Positions 10,015 through 20,154 of a stretch of DNA of 64,000 bases are shown in pieces. Origin of the DNA: an uncultured Chloroflexia bacterium (GTDB taxonomy: Bacteria; Chloroflexota; Chloroflexia; QHBQ01; JADMIH01); NCBI GenBank assembly GCA_963797095.1, contig CAWCNY010000006.1, positions 480,001 through 544,000 on the forward strand, given 5' to 3'. The notes beneath the pieces are model-generated. The model was not told the origin of the DNA and did not search any database. It saw nothing but the letters and a program-made list of their open reading frames with translations. A program made the position numbers and the translations under genes. How positions within the stretch are numbered: the stretch's first letter is position 1; each line of letters starts with the position of its first letter.

Positions 10015-12390
10015 ATGGATAGAGACGATTTCGACCCACAATGGCCCCAGAGGCCTGAAAACGACCGGCCTGCCCCACAATCGTCGCGGCCCAGGCTGGA
10101 TCCACCGCCCGCGCCCTCAAACTGGACCTCGCACCCCGCCCAGAGCGCCGCCGAGCGGACTCAGTACCAGGAGACAGACGAGGCAAAGGCTACACGCGCC
10201 ATCCCCCTGACTGGGGCATCCAGATTTGCCAGGCCGAACAGCGGAGCGCAGCCTGCGGCCCGGCCAGCTCCGCCAACCACAACTCCGGTTGCGCCTTCGA
10301 CCGGGCAAAGCACCGCGCCTCCACAGGGTCAGCCCCAGGCCCAGCCCAGGCCCGCTCCCCGCTGGCAGGACGAGGGTTACAGCAGCAACGGACCCTACCA
10401 GGACCCCACGATCCGGTACAATCCTTCGGCGAACGGCCAGGATAGCAGATATAGTCAGGCTGCCCCACGCCAAAAGGCCCCCGCGCAACAGCAGCAATAT
10501 GTGCAAACTCCCCGCGCCAAAGTGGATCCCAGCAAGAGCTTCCTGTCGGTTGAGATCGAGGGAGCCAAGCGCCGTCGCTTCGGCGCACTCATTCTGTGGC
10601 TATTGGCGGGCATAATCCTGATAGCGCTGATAGGTGGGACCGCATTCGCGCTCGCCTGGCAGGGCCAGTATTCGGGGAAGATCTACGCCGGGGTACATGC
10701 GCTGGGGATTGACCTGGGTGGTAAGACACCCGATGAGGCCAAGAAGCTGCTGCATGACAAAATAGCTGCCTTTTCGAGCGCGCCTGTGGTACTGACCTGG
10801 ACCGGCAAAGAGTGGAAGCCCGGCCTGGACGACCTGGGGATCAGCATAGGGATTGACGATACAGCCAATGAAGCGTTCAAGGTCGGACGCGACGCCGATT
10901 TCTTCGGGAGCATCGCGGACCAGTGGACCTCTGCTCAATCCGGCTGGCAGGTGGGGTTGACGGTGGAATTGAACGAGCCTGACCTACAGGCATACCTTGA
11001 CAACATAGCCCAGACCGAGATCAACCAGGACCTGTTCGAGGGAGATATCCGGCTCAACGGCACCGAGATAGAGGCCCTCCCAGGCAAGGAAGGTCGCACC
11101 CTCGACACTTACAAAGCCATCGGCATGATACGCAATGTGGTGGCGAAACTGGAGGGCGGGCAGAAGATAGAACTACCTGTTACCGTAGTGCAGCCAACCG
11201 TGTCGGCGGCGGAAGTGACGGATGTGCAGAAGCAACTGGCGATCCGCATCAGCCAACCTATCGTGGCGAAGACCCTCGACAAAGAATTCACCCTGGACCA
11301 GGATGCCATAATCCGCTTCACAACAATCGAGCGCAATCCCGACCGCTCTGCTGCTCACCACATCACCCTGGGCTGGATAGACCCGCAACTGAAGATTCTG
11401 GCCGATACCTGGGTTTCGCAGGCCAACCGCCCCGTAATCAACGCGCGTTTCGCCTGGCAAAACGGCGCTGTGGCCGTGCTGACCGAGTCGGTGAACGGCT
11501 TTGAAACCGACAGCGACACCGTGATCAAGGCCATCAAGGAGCACGCCGACAAGGCCGATGGCCGCCAGTTTGACCTGCCCGGCAACACCGTAGAGCCTAC
11601 GGTATCGAGCAAAGACCTTCCCTCACTGGGGATTACCGAGCTTATGGGTACGGGCACTTCCACCTTCAAAGGCTCCTCCCAGGAGAGAGCCACCAATATC
11701 AGGGTGGCTGCCAATCTGCTGAACGGCGCGGTCGTGCCGCCCGGCGGCACATTCTCGTTCTTGCAAACTATGGGCGGGATTGACGAAGCGCATGGCTTCG
11801 TCGAAGGCTACGTGATAGCCGCCGAGAGGACGCAGTTGGGCGTTGGCGGCGGTGTGTGCCAGGTCAGTACAACCATGTTCAGGGCGGCCTTCTACAGCGC
11901 CATGGATATTACCGAGCGCAACGAGCATGCTTACCGCGTGAGCTGGTACGAGGCGAATGGCGAACCTGTGGGGTTCGACGCGGCTGTATTCGATCCTGGC
12001 GTAGACTTGAAGTTTGTGAACACCGGTCCGCACTTTATCCTGATCGAAGCCGTAGCTGGCACCGACCTGCTCACTATAAACATATACGGCACAAAAACAG
12101 CGAGCGAGGTGAAGCTCGAAGGGCCGGCAATCACCGACCGCAAGCCCGCCCCACCAGATGTATACGAAGTTGACTCGCGACTGCCGCCCGGCACCAAGAA
12201 GCAAGTGGAAACAGCACATTCCGGCCTCACCACCGACATCACCCGCCGGATTATCACTCCCGGCCAGCCCGACAAGGTGGACGATTTCATCAGCACATAC
12301 CAGCCCTGGCCGAATTGGTTTATCGTGGCATCCGAGTCGCAAATTCCAGGTGGCGCTACGGTGTCACCGCAGCCCACGCCCAACCCGTGA
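10015..12390 (+). CDS. VanW-family protein with PG_binding_4 domains
   Basis: Disordered cytoplasmic N-tail, one TM, GGGVCQVSTTMFRAA and ERNEHAYRVSWYE VanW motifs, G5-like C-terminus. Confidence 0.9.
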   Translation: MDRDDFDPQWPQRPENDRPAPQSSRPRLDPPPAPSNWTSHPAQSAAERTQYQETDEAKATRAIPLTGASRFARPNSGAQPAARPAPPTTTPVAPSTGQSTAPPQGQPQAQPRPAPRWQDEGYSSNGPYQDPTIRYNPSANGQDSRYSQAAPRQKAPAQQQQYVQTPRAKVDPSKSFLSVEIEGAKRRRFGALILWLLAGIILIALIGGTAFALAWQGQYSGKIYAGVHALGIDLGGKTPDEAKKLLHDKIAAFSSAPVVLTWTGKEWKPGLDDLGISIGIDDTANEAFKVGRDADFFGSIADQWTSAQSGWQVGLTVELNEPDLQAYLDNIAQTEINQDLFEGDIRLNGTEIEALPGKEGRTLDTYKAIGMIRNVVAKLEGGQKIELPVTVVQPTVSAAEVTDVQKQLAIRISQPIVAKTLDKEFTLDQDAIIRFTTIERNPDRSAAHHITLGWIDPQLKILADTWVSQANRPVINARFAWQNGAVAVLTESVNGFETDSDTVIKAIKEHADKADGRQFDLPGNTVEPTVSSKDLPSLGITELMGTGTSTFKGSSQERATNIRVAANLLNGAVVPPGGTFSFLQTMGGIDEAHGFVEGYVIAAERTQLGVGGGVCQVSTTMFRAAFYSAMDITERNEHAYRVSWYEANGEPVGFDAAVFDPGVDLKFVNTGPHFILIEAVAGTDLLTINIYGTKTASEVKLEGPAITDRKPAPPDVYEVDSRLPPGTKKQVETAHSGLTTDITRRIITPGQPDKVDDFISTYQPWPNWFIVASESQIPGGATVSPQPTPNP

Positions 12391-12547
12391 TGTCGATGCA
12401 TCCGGCATACCGAGTGCTTTTGAGGCAGGCTTACGAGTTTGCCTCATTTTCTTTGGTGCGGCGTAATGGGGTTGGGTCGTTGACCGTCAGGATGTTGTGA
12501 TAGTTAGTGCAGCACCCGACATAAAACACAATTTGGGAGGTAATCCA

Positions 12548-13033
12548 ATGACAACCGAAGAGCGCAAAGAGAAGCTAGGCATATATGGCAAGGCGTACGA
12601 CGAACTGGTGCGGGGGTTAGCGAAGTTCCCACGCGAGATGTGGAGCTACAGGTCGGAGGTGGACCCCTGGACAATCCAAGAGATAATAGTGCATATAACC
12701 GACAGCGAGGCGAACAGCTACGTACGATGTCGCAAGTTCATCGCCGAGCCTGGCTCTACCGTGGCCGCCTATGACGAGCCAACCTGGGCGAAGGTCCTCA
12801 ACTATGAAGAGCAGAGCACCGACGATGCGATTGAACTTTTCAGATGGCTGAGAGGCAACTCATACAAGCTGGTCAAAGATCTTCCAGAGAGTGTATGGGC
12901 CAACACGATCTACCATCCGGAAAACGGCACCATGACCCTGGACGACTGGCTCGATATCTACACAGCACACGTGAGAGACCATCTGGAACAGGCAGGTCGT
13001 ATCTACGAGGAGTGGCAAGAGCGTGATACATGA
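12548..13033 (+). CDS. DinB/YfiT-family protein
   Basis: WTIQEIIVHITDSE, HPENG...HVRDHLEQ metal-binding His pattern; ATG 12548 follows GGGAGG. Confidence 0.85.
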   Translation: MTTEERKEKLGIYGKAYDELVRGLAKFPREMWSYRSEVDPWTIQEIIVHITDSEANSYVRCRKFIAEPGSTVAAYDEPTWAKVLNYEEQSTDDAIELFRWLRGNSYKLVKDLPESVWANTIYHPENGTMTLDDWLDIYTAHVRDHLEQAGRIYEEWQERDT

Positions 13034-13078
13034 TAGGTGGGGATGAGTGACAAGTGACGAGTATGCAGCGGCAGTAGG

Positions 13079-13105
13079 TCACGTATCACGTATCACGTAT
13101 CACGT
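13079..13105. repeat. Heptamer tandem repeat TCACGTA x about 4
   Basis: tcacgta tcacgta tcacgta tcacgt; complementary to CGTGATA overlapping the dinB stop region at 13022-13035. Confidence 0.8.
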
Positions 13106-13180
13106 TCCTGTCCTCAACACCCACTCTGTGATAGAATTAAGCGCCTGCAAAATGGTAATGTCCAAAAAGGAGGCTATGAC

Positions 13181-14362
13181 ATGCAAGCAACGTTGCGCGC
13201 TCGTCTCGAAGGTGAGATAGAGAGCCTGAAACAGAAGGGGATGTTCCGCCAACTGCGGGTGGTTGATGGAAAAGAGATGGCTGTATGCGTGATTGACGGT
13301 AAAAAGGTGATCAACCTGTCGTCGAATAACTATCTGGGGCTGACCACCCACCCCAAACTTATGGAAGCAGCCAAACATGCCATCGATACACACGGAGTTG
13401 GTACTGCGGCGGTGCGTACAATCATCGGCACGATGGATATACACCAGGAGTTAGAGGAGCGGCTGGCGAAGTTCAAGCATACAGAGGCCACCCTCACTTT
13501 CCAATCGGGGTTCGCCTCCAACCAGGGGATCATCCAGGCTCTCATGGAGGATGGCGACGCCATAGTCTCGGACGAGCTAAACCATGCGTCCATCATAGAT
13601 GGCATCAGGCTGTCGAAGGCGGATAGGTTCATATTCAGGCACGCCGATATGAACGACCTTGAGGATAAACTGAAGGCGGCGCAAGACCACCGCACCAGGC
13701 TTATTATCACTGATGGCGTGTTCAGCATGGATGGCGATATCGCCAAACTGCCGGAGATCGTGGAGCTTGCCGAGAGGCATGGAGCCGCCGTCTATGTCGA
13801 CGACGCGCACGCTTCAGGCGTACTGGGGCGCAACGGGCGAGGCTCAACCGATCACTTTGACCTGAACGGTCGTGTGGATATCCAGATCGGCACTTTTTCT
13901 AAGGCCATGGGCGCGCAGGGTGGCTATGTCGCAGGCATCCAGCCGTTGCGCGACTTCCTGATCCACAGGGCCCGTACCATGCTCTTCTCCAACGCTCTCC
14001 CTCCAAGTGTAATTGCGACCTGCATAGCGGCTATCGATGTGCTGGAAACTGAGCCTGAGCGCATCGACACGCTGTGGGAGAACACCAGGTATTTCAAGGG
14101 CGCGCTGAAGAAACTGGGATTCGATATCGGCGAGAGCATCACGCCTATTACGCCTGTAATCGCGGGTAGCGGGGCGCTAGCCTTCCAACTGAGCGACCGC
14201 CTGTTCCAGGAAGGCGTATTCGCCCAGGGGATCGGTTATCCAACTGTGCCGGAGGCGAAGAGCCGCGTTCGCACCATAGTAACGGCTGCGCACACGAAGG
14301 AGAATCTGGACGCGGCAATCGCGGCGTTCGAGAAAATAGGCAGGGAGTTGGCCCTTATCTAA
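13181..14362 (+). CDS. kbl: Glycine C-acetyltransferase (2-amino-3-ketobutyrate CoA ligase; BioF/Kbl family)
   Basis: [50 protein letters not shown] (PLP lysine); RBS AAGGAGG. Confidence 0.88.
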   Translation: MQATLRARLEGEIESLKQKGMFRQLRVVDGKEMAVCVIDGKKVINLSSNNYLGLTTHPKLMEAAKHAIDTHGVGTAAVRTIIGTMDIHQELEERLAKFKHTEATLTFQSGFASNQGIIQALMEDGDAIVSDELNHASIIDGIRLSKADRFIFRHADMNDLEDKLKAAQDHRTRLIITDGVFSMDGDIAKLPEIVELAERHGAAVYVDDAHASGVLGRNGRGSTDHFDLNGRVDIQIGTFSKAMGAQGGYVAGIQPLRDFLIHRARTMLFSNALPPSVIATCIAAIDVLETEPERIDTLWENTRYFKGALKKLGFDIGESITPITPVIAGSGALAFQLSDRLFQEGVFAQGIGYPTVPEAKSRVRTIVTAAHTKENLDAAIAAFEKIGRELALI

Positions 14363-14403
14363 CATCGATCCGGGCCTATGAGGGTTCGCAGTGGCACAAT
14401 CTG

Positions 14404-14458
14404 GTTATAAAACAAAGCAAATCGGCGGTGAAGCCGCCGATTTGCTTTGTTTTATAAC
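14404..14458. repeat. Palindromic element, family member A (25-bp perfect arms, TGAAG loop)
   Basis: GTTATAAAACAAAGCAAATCGGCGG-TGAAG-CCGCCGATTTGCTTTGTTTTATAAC. Confidence 0.9.
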
Positions 14459-14653
14459 GTCTCTCCCCAAAAGGATTACGCAATGTTCCTATGTGTTAAT
14501 AGGACTAACATCATATTGCTCAATGTTACATTATTGCCCTATATATGATCAGGAGACTTGTATGGGGCGTATTGATGCAGTGATTAAAATAGCCCCCAAG
14601 GTTTATTAACGTCTATCATTGACGAATCGTTATCTGATTAGTGTTGGAGATAA

Positions 14654-15700
14654 ATGATGAATGTTGATTTAGATACAGGGCGAATATATCGCACTCTGGT
14701 TGAGACATCACCGGATGCCATAATACTGATCGCACCGAACGGCACGATCATACTGGGTAATGATCAGGCTGCATTGTTGCACGGTCTCAAAAGCGCATCC
14801 GACCTGCCCGGCCAGAATGTGTTTACGCTAATCGCACACGAAGAGCACGCCCAGGCTATGGAGCGGCTTGGCAAAGCAATAGAATTAGGAAGCATCAGGA
14901 ATGTAGAGCATACCCTCTTGCGAGTAGATGGCTCGCGTTTTCCGGCAGAGTTGAGCATTTCGGCAATAAGAAACTCGGATGGTAAGCCGGAAGCATTCAT
15001 TGGGATCGTGCGCGATATTACCGAGCGCAAATCGGCCCAGGAGCAGATAAAGCGTCTTCTGGATGACCTTCGCTCGACCAATGAAGAGCTTTCTCAATCG
15101 TATGATGCCACCCTCGCAGGTTGGATCGCCGCGCTCGACTTGCGCGACCACGAAACCGAAGGGCATAGTTGGCGGGTTACCGAAATGGCAGTGCAATTGG
15201 GTCGCCGTATGGGGATCGAGGGTGAAGCCCTGACGCACCTGAAGCGCGGCGCATTGCTTCATGATATCGGCAAGATGGGGATCCCCGATGCGGTTCTCCT
15301 CAAGCCCGGCCCCCTGACGAATGAGGAATGGGACATCATGAGACTCCACCCCGTCTATGCCTATGAGTGGCTCTCATCGATCAACTTCCTCAGCCCCGCG
15401 CTTGAGATACCCTATTGCCACCACGAACGGTGGGATGGCACAGGCTACCCGCGTGGCTTGAAAGGCGAGGATATACCCGTTGCGGCTCGCATCTTTGCGG
15501 TAGTAGACGTGTGGGATGCCCTCAGGTCCGACAGGCCGTATCGCCCGGCCCTCCCTGAGAGCAACACCCGCGAATACATCCGCTCCCAGGGCGGTAAGCA
15601 ATTCGACTCGAAGGTGGTTGAAGCCTTCCTGAATATGAACCTCAGCATGTACGACATGCCAGCTACAACCGAGAATATCCACGCTATGTCGGTCGCTTAG
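14654..15700 (+). CDS. PAS domain + HD-GYP cyclic-dinucleotide phosphodiesterase
   Basis: PAS/PAC ending RDITERK; LHDIGK; HHERWDGTGYPRGLKGEDIP; DRPYR. Confidence 0.92.
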   Translation: MMNVDLDTGRIYRTLVETSPDAIILIAPNGTIILGNDQAALLHGLKSASDLPGQNVFTLIAHEEHAQAMERLGKAIELGSIRNVEHTLLRVDGSRFPAELSISAIRNSDGKPEAFIGIVRDITERKSAQEQIKRLLDDLRSTNEELSQSYDATLAGWIAALDLRDHETEGHSWRVTEMAVQLGRRMGIEGEALTHLKRGALLHDIGKMGIPDAVLLKPGPLTNEEWDIMRLHPVYAYEWLSSINFLSPALEIPYCHHERWDGTGYPRGLKGEDIPVAARIFAVVDVWDALRSDRPYRPALPESNTREYIRSQGGKQFDSKVVEAFLNMNLSMYDMPATTENIHAMSVA

Positions 15701-15709
15701 TACATAATC

Positions 15710-15766
15710 GCGTTATAAAATAGATAGATTGGCGGTCAAGCCGCCAATCTATCTATTTTATAACGC
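15710..15766. repeat. Palindromic element, family member B (26-bp perfect arms, TCAAG loop)
   Basis: GCGTTATAAAATAGATAGATTGGCGG-TCAAG-CCGCCAATCTATCTATTTTATAACGC. Confidence 0.9.
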
Positions 15767-15862
15767 CTATACCTGTTTGGAGAGGAGATCAGCAAACGCG
15801 CACAGGCACGAGGCATGCTATAATAGCTGCAAGGCATAAGCCACACCCTGAAGGAGGCCAAG

Positions 15863-16087
15863 ATGCAAGTAACCCTGGAAAAGAACGAGGTTGCCACTTT
15901 GCTCAACGCACTCAATTCCTATATTCAGCAACTGCGCGAGGAGATCGGCAAGACCGAGAATTACGATATGAAAGAAGGTTTGAAGACGGAATACGGCACG
16001 TTGGCCGGTCTGGTCACCAAACTTGGCGGTACCCTAACCAGCGATACTCCCGACTTGGGGGCAGATAATCCGCCCTGGGGCGGATGA
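15863..16087 (+). CDS. Small hypothetical protein (74 aa, helical hairpin-like)
   Basis: Strong RBS AAGGAGG and an extended -10 TGCTATAAT at about 15816-15824. Confidence 0.75.
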   Translation: MQVTLEKNEVATLLNALNSYIQQLREEIGKTENYDMKEGLKTEYGTLAGLVTKLGGTLTSDTPDLGADNPPWGG

Positions 16088-16148
16088 TAGATCGAATAGG
16101 AGCGGAACTGAGTTATCCCTGCTCTATATGCAGGATCGCAGATATTTG

Positions 16149-16354
16149 ATCTGGTTCTAAAATAAACATGGGTCATCCCGAATTTTAGATTCAGCTTCGC
16201 AGGCGCGCAATCTGGTTCTAAAACAAGCAAAATGGCGGCTCAGCCGCCATTTTGCTTGTTTTAGAAAGCCCCCCAAAATGTTGGGGTGGGGTCGTTGACT
16301 GTTCCCAATCTGTTGTATGCACGAATTTAAAATTCGGGATGACCCATGTTTATT
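16149..16354. repeat. Nested palindromic mosaic: outer 32-bp inverted repeat enclosing palindrome family member C
   Basis: Outer arms 16161-16192 and 16323-16354 match at 31/32. Inner 16216-16266 has 24-bp perfect arms TTCTAAAACAAGCAAAATGGCGGC-TCA-GCCGCCATTTTGCTTGTTTTAGAA. ATCTGGTTCTAAAA occurs at 16149 and 16210. Confidence 0.88.
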
Positions 16355-16370
16355 ATGGTGGCTCGGAAAA

Positions 16371-18971
16371 CTATCTCGTTGCAGCAGCATAAGCCACAGC
16401 CTCTTCCAAAGGCATAGCGCGCCCCACCACCCAGGCCGCGTTGAATTCCGCATCGCTAAGCGATTCTCGAATCGAAGCGATGCTCGCGTCATATTCGGCC
16501 CGATATCGGGGAGACACTGGCGAACCCACCGACTCGCGCAGGGCATCCGCTACCCCAAAGAGGCGAGCTGCCTTCGCTGGCTGGCCCATTCGTGTAGCTA
16601 CCCTGCCGATTTCCTCAAAGACAAATGCTGTCATACCTATCGAGCCTTGCTCTATGAATACCGGCAGGCATTTGTTGAAGTTATCTGCCGCAAGTTTGAA
16701 ATCACCCAGGCCCAGAGCTGATTTGCCAACGAGACCCCAGATGTGAACCAGGTTGTTCCAGTCGCCTATCTCAGCACTGATGGCAGCGGCTTCTTCCGCG
16801 TAAGTGAGCGCCAGGCGGTAATCGCCCTGCTTCATAGTCAATACCCCCAGATTCTGGAGAGCGAGTGCAATTTCGATGGGTACCTCCAGGTCCCTCCCGA
16901 AAGCCAGCATCTGCTCGTTCAGGTCAATGGCCTGTGCCAGGTCCCCACGGGAAGATGCTAACCTCGCTAGCCCGGAAAGCGCTATTGCCATCTTAAACCC
17001 ATCACCTGTTTCTCTGGCTATTGATAAACCTTCTTGAGCTATTGTTGAGCCGTCGTCGAACTCTCCTAGGTCGGCGTAGACCTGGCTCAGCGTAAGTGCA
17101 AGATTGACTATAAATGACCTATCGTCCATGGTTCTGCATAACGCAACACCTTCGAGGAGATAGCGCTTGGCTGACGCAAGATCACCGTATCTGTAATAAA
17201 ACGCTCCTAGCGCGTTAAGGCCTTCCACCCTGGCCTCAACAGGCGTATCATCGTTATCGCTCTGCTCTATTGCCTGTTGGAGCCAGCGTCGCCCTTCCAC
17301 AATATGGTCCCTACGTATCCAGAAATGCCGCATCCCTGTAGCCATGCGCAACGCAAGTTCGTTTTGCCCGTTTTTGAGGGCCCAATCCAGGGCAACCCTG
17401 ATATTGTTGTAAACTGCCTCGGTGCGGTCCAGCCACAGTTTCTGATTCATCCCTCTCATTCCCCGCTCAGCGTCAAGGGCCAACCCCAGAAAATATCGGG
17501 CATGTTCCAGAGCTAGCAGATTCTCTTCGCCTGCTGCCTCCAATTGCTCCAGGGCAAACTCACGTACCGACAGCAGCATCGTGTAATAAGTGTCTGCGTC
17601 TGCGTCCGCATTTCGGCTTCCTCTGTTCGGCGATGCCGGTCCCTGCAAGCGCAGAAGGCTCTGATCGAGAATAGCTGCCATCCCATCAAGTGTAGCATCT
17701 GCCACCTGCTCCGCGGCTTCAAACGTGAACGAACCCGAGAAGATACTCAAGCGCCTGAACAGTCTTTGCTCCTCTTCCGATAGCAGTGCGTAGCTCAACT
17801 CCAGTGAGCTTCTCAATGTTCTGTGATGAGCGGGCACATCGCGTTGGCCTCTGGTCAATACAGCCAACTGTCGTTCGAGACGAGAAAGTAGCGACGGCAG
17901 GGACAGGATGCGTGTTCGGGCGGCGGCAAGCTCTATAGCCAGCGGTAGGCCTTCCAATCGAGCGCATATCGCCGCTACTACCGCTGCGTTTTCCGGCTGA
18001 ATCAAAAACTCGCTGTTGAAGTCGCGAACGCGCTCCTCGAAAAGGGCCACCGAACCTGTGCGTGCAAGCTCCTCCAGCTGAGGCAGGTGCTGGGGATCAG
18101 GCACTTCTAGAGGCATCACCTCTGCCAACTTCTCTCCCCGCAGGTGCAACGGCGAACGGCTTGTCACCAGCACTTTCAATTGTGGACCAACAGCCAGTAG
18201 ATCGCTAACGAACGGGGCCGCCGACACAACATGTTCAAAGTTGTCCAGCACCAGCAGCATTTGCTTATCACGCAAAACTTCTTGCAACCTCTCAATGAGG
18301 GCCTTCCCCTGCGCTTCACGCACACCTAGCCCTTCAGCAATTGTTGCTCCTACCAGGGTGGGATCAGAAATAGGTCCAAGAGGCACATAAAGCAGGCCAT
18401 TTTTGAAGTCGGCCTGAGCAGTATGGGCGAGAGCAATACCGAGGGTCGTCTTGCCGATACCGGGAGGCCCCACCAGGGTCAGCAATCGCGTGGTGGAGTG
18501 CCATAGGAGCGCCTTCAGATGAGCCAGGTCCTGCTCCCGGCCAATCAACTGGATCGGCAGAAACGGAAGATTAGCCTCATCCGTCGCTCTCCCTTGCGGG
18601 AGAGGCACAGAAACAATTCGTGGATTCTCAGGTTCGGGCGAAGTTGCTCTCGGTTCCTGGACAACTCCCGCAAAGGCGAGAGGAGCGGGATCTCCATTAC
18701 CTCTCGCCCAGAGGATGAAGGCTGCCCGATCCTGGGGGTCGATTTGCAGGTAATCAGCGAATACTTCCGTTATCTGGCGTGAGGGGCGGCGTTTGCCGGC
18801 TTCAATCTTGCGGATCGTGTCGGATGAATACCCGGTAGCATCTGCTACCGCTTCCTGAGTGAGGTCAAGCTCACGGCGGCGTTGCTTGAGCCACTGACCG
18901 AATGTTGGAGGCGACTCCATAGGCATACTCGCCAAGTGCTCGGAATATGACAACTTGCCCAACAATTGCAC
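16371..18971 (-). CDS. XRE-HTH + STAND (NB-ARC-like) ATPase + TPR regulator
   Basis: TFGQWLKQRRRELDLTQE (HTH), Walker A GPPGIGKT, Walker B LLVLDNFEHV, GLPLAIELAAAR, TPRs. True start is probably ATG 18926 or 18920, given a TGCTATAAT element at 18974-18982. Confidence 0.9.
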   Translation of the reverse strand: MQLLGKLSYSEHLASMPMESPPTFGQWLKQRRRELDLTQEAVADATGYSSDTIRKIEAGKRRPSRQITEVFADYLQIDPQDRAAFILWARGNGDPAPLAFAGVVQEPRATSPEPENPRIVSVPLPQGRATDEANLPFLPIQLIGREQDLAHLKALLWHSTTRLLTLVGPPGIGKTTLGIALAHTAQADFKNGLLYVPLGPISDPTLVGATIAEGLGVREAQGKALIERLQEVLRDKQMLLVLDNFEHVVSAAPFVSDLLAVGPQLKVLVTSRSPLHLRGEKLAEVMPLEVPDPQHLPQLEELARTGSVALFEERVRDFNSEFLIQPENAAVVAAICARLEGLPLAIELAAARTRILSLPSLLSRLERQLAVLTRGQRDVPAHHRTLRSSLELSYALLSEEEQRLFRRLSIFSGSFTFEAAEQVADATLDGMAAILDQSLLRLQGPASPNRGSRNADADADTYYTMLLSVREFALEQLEAAGEENLLALEHARYFLGLALDAERGMRGMNQKLWLDRTEAVYNNIRVALDWALKNGQNELALRMATGMRHFWIRRDHIVEGRRWLQQAIEQSDNDDTPVEARVEGLNALGAFYYRYGDLASAKRYLLEGVALCRTMDDRSFIVNLALTLSQVYADLGEFDDGSTIAQEGLSIARETGDGFKMAIALSGLARLASSRGDLAQAIDLNEQMLAFGRDLEVPIEIALALQNLGVLTMKQGDYRLALTYAEEAAAISAEIGDWNNLVHIWGLVGKSALGLGDFKLAADNFNKCLPVFIEQGSIGMTAFVFEEIGRVATRMGQPAKAARLFGVADALRESVGSPVSPRYRAEYDASIASIRESLSDAEFNAAWVVGRAMPLEEAVAYAAATR

Positions 18972-19083
18972 CGATTATAGCACAGTACGCCCCTCTTTCG
19001 GACGCTCTAAATGTTGCCGGAACGTCCGAATTGTCGCTCAACTATGAGAAACATCCCAGTATTTCGATGCAGTTTTGCCTCTC

Positions 19084-20124
19084 TTAGAACACTTTCTTAA
19101 GAAGGGAAAGCGCCCCCTGCCCCCACGGCACACGGTGCGACACCCCGCTCTTGTTCTCGAACTGGGGCAGATGGTCCACATACCACTGGTAATTTCGTAT
19201 GAGGGCATCCTTATTTGAGTAAAGAGGCTTGTAACCAAGAGCACGCTCAGCCTTCTCTATTGAAACAAAAGAGTCCTTGGATGCGGTCTCATACACCCAC
19301 TTGTAGAGAGGCGAGAGGTGCAGGCGTTCGAGTACGCGCAAGGCCATGATAGCCGGGCCTGCGGGAAAGCCTATGATACGCTTGCCCTTGCCCGCGTAAT
19401 CGAGCACGGCCTGGTAATCGCCGCGCATAGTGGTGAACACTTTCGCGCCCACATTGAACGTGTCGTTCACCGTTTCATCAGGCAGCGTCATACAAAGATA
19501 GATAGCCTGGCACAGGTCTTCCACGTCGAGCAACTGGTAGCGGTTCTTCCCTGAGCCGATCATGGGGAAGTTGTGCCCCGTTAGCGCCCAATCGTAGAGC
19601 ATGGCAAATACTCCCAACCGCTCAGGCCCCACGAACGACTTGGGCCGGATGATCGGCACGACCATCCCTTTGCCCCTGTATTCGAGGCACACCATCTCGG
19701 CCTGTATCTTGGCCTGCCCGTATGGTCCCACACCCTCCAGCTTATCGTCTTCGTACAGCGGGTGATGGTCGGGGATGCCGTACACAGCCGTAGATGAAAT
19801 CATCACGAAGCGGGCCACATTGTGGCTGTGCGCCACCTCAAGGAGCATGCGCGTCCCTTCCACATCGGTAGTGTAAATATCCTTGGGCGAGTACAATGGG
19901 AGCGCGGCGGCGGTATGCACCACCTGGTCAACCTCGCACATCGCCTTTTCGACATCTTTCTTGTTGCGGATATCCCCTTTAACGACCGTGATCTTGTCCT
20001 TCATATCGGGATAGTCGAAATCGGCCATGTCGAGGGAAACGCATTGGTGGCCTCGCTCGTGCAGGTAACGGATAAGATTGATGCCGAGGAAGCCGGCCCC
20101 GCCTGTTATTAGTACTTTCATCAT
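19084..20124 (-). CDS. NAD-dependent epimerase/dehydratase (extended SDR)
   Basis: ITGGAGFLG, SSTAVYG, YGQAK. Confidence 0.92.
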   Translation of the reverse strand: MMKVLITGGAGFLGINLIRYLHERGHQCVSLDMADFDYPDMKDKITVVKGDIRNKKDVEKAMCEVDQVVHTAAALPLYSPKDIYTTDVEGTRMLLEVAHSHNVARFVMISSTAVYGIPDHHPLYEDDKLEGVGPYGQAKIQAEMVCLEYRGKGMVVPIIRPKSFVGPERLGVFAMLYDWALTGHNFPMIGSGKNRYQLLDVEDLCQAIYLCMTLPDETVNDTFNVGAKVFTTMRGDYQAVLDYAGKGKRIIGFPAGPAIMALRVLERLHLSPLYKWVYETASKDSFVSIEKAERALGYKPLYSNKDALIRNYQWYVDHLPQFENKSGVSHRVPWGQGALSLLKKVF

Positions 20125-20154
20125 TCTCCTCTAGCTTGGATTATTTCGCCCCGC

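Noticed and set aside
14404-16266. Palindromes as CRISPR repeats or integron attC sites
   Set aside because: They are not regularly spaced, not identical and have no cas genes or integrase nearby; core-site polarity is opposite to attC and there are no bulged bases.
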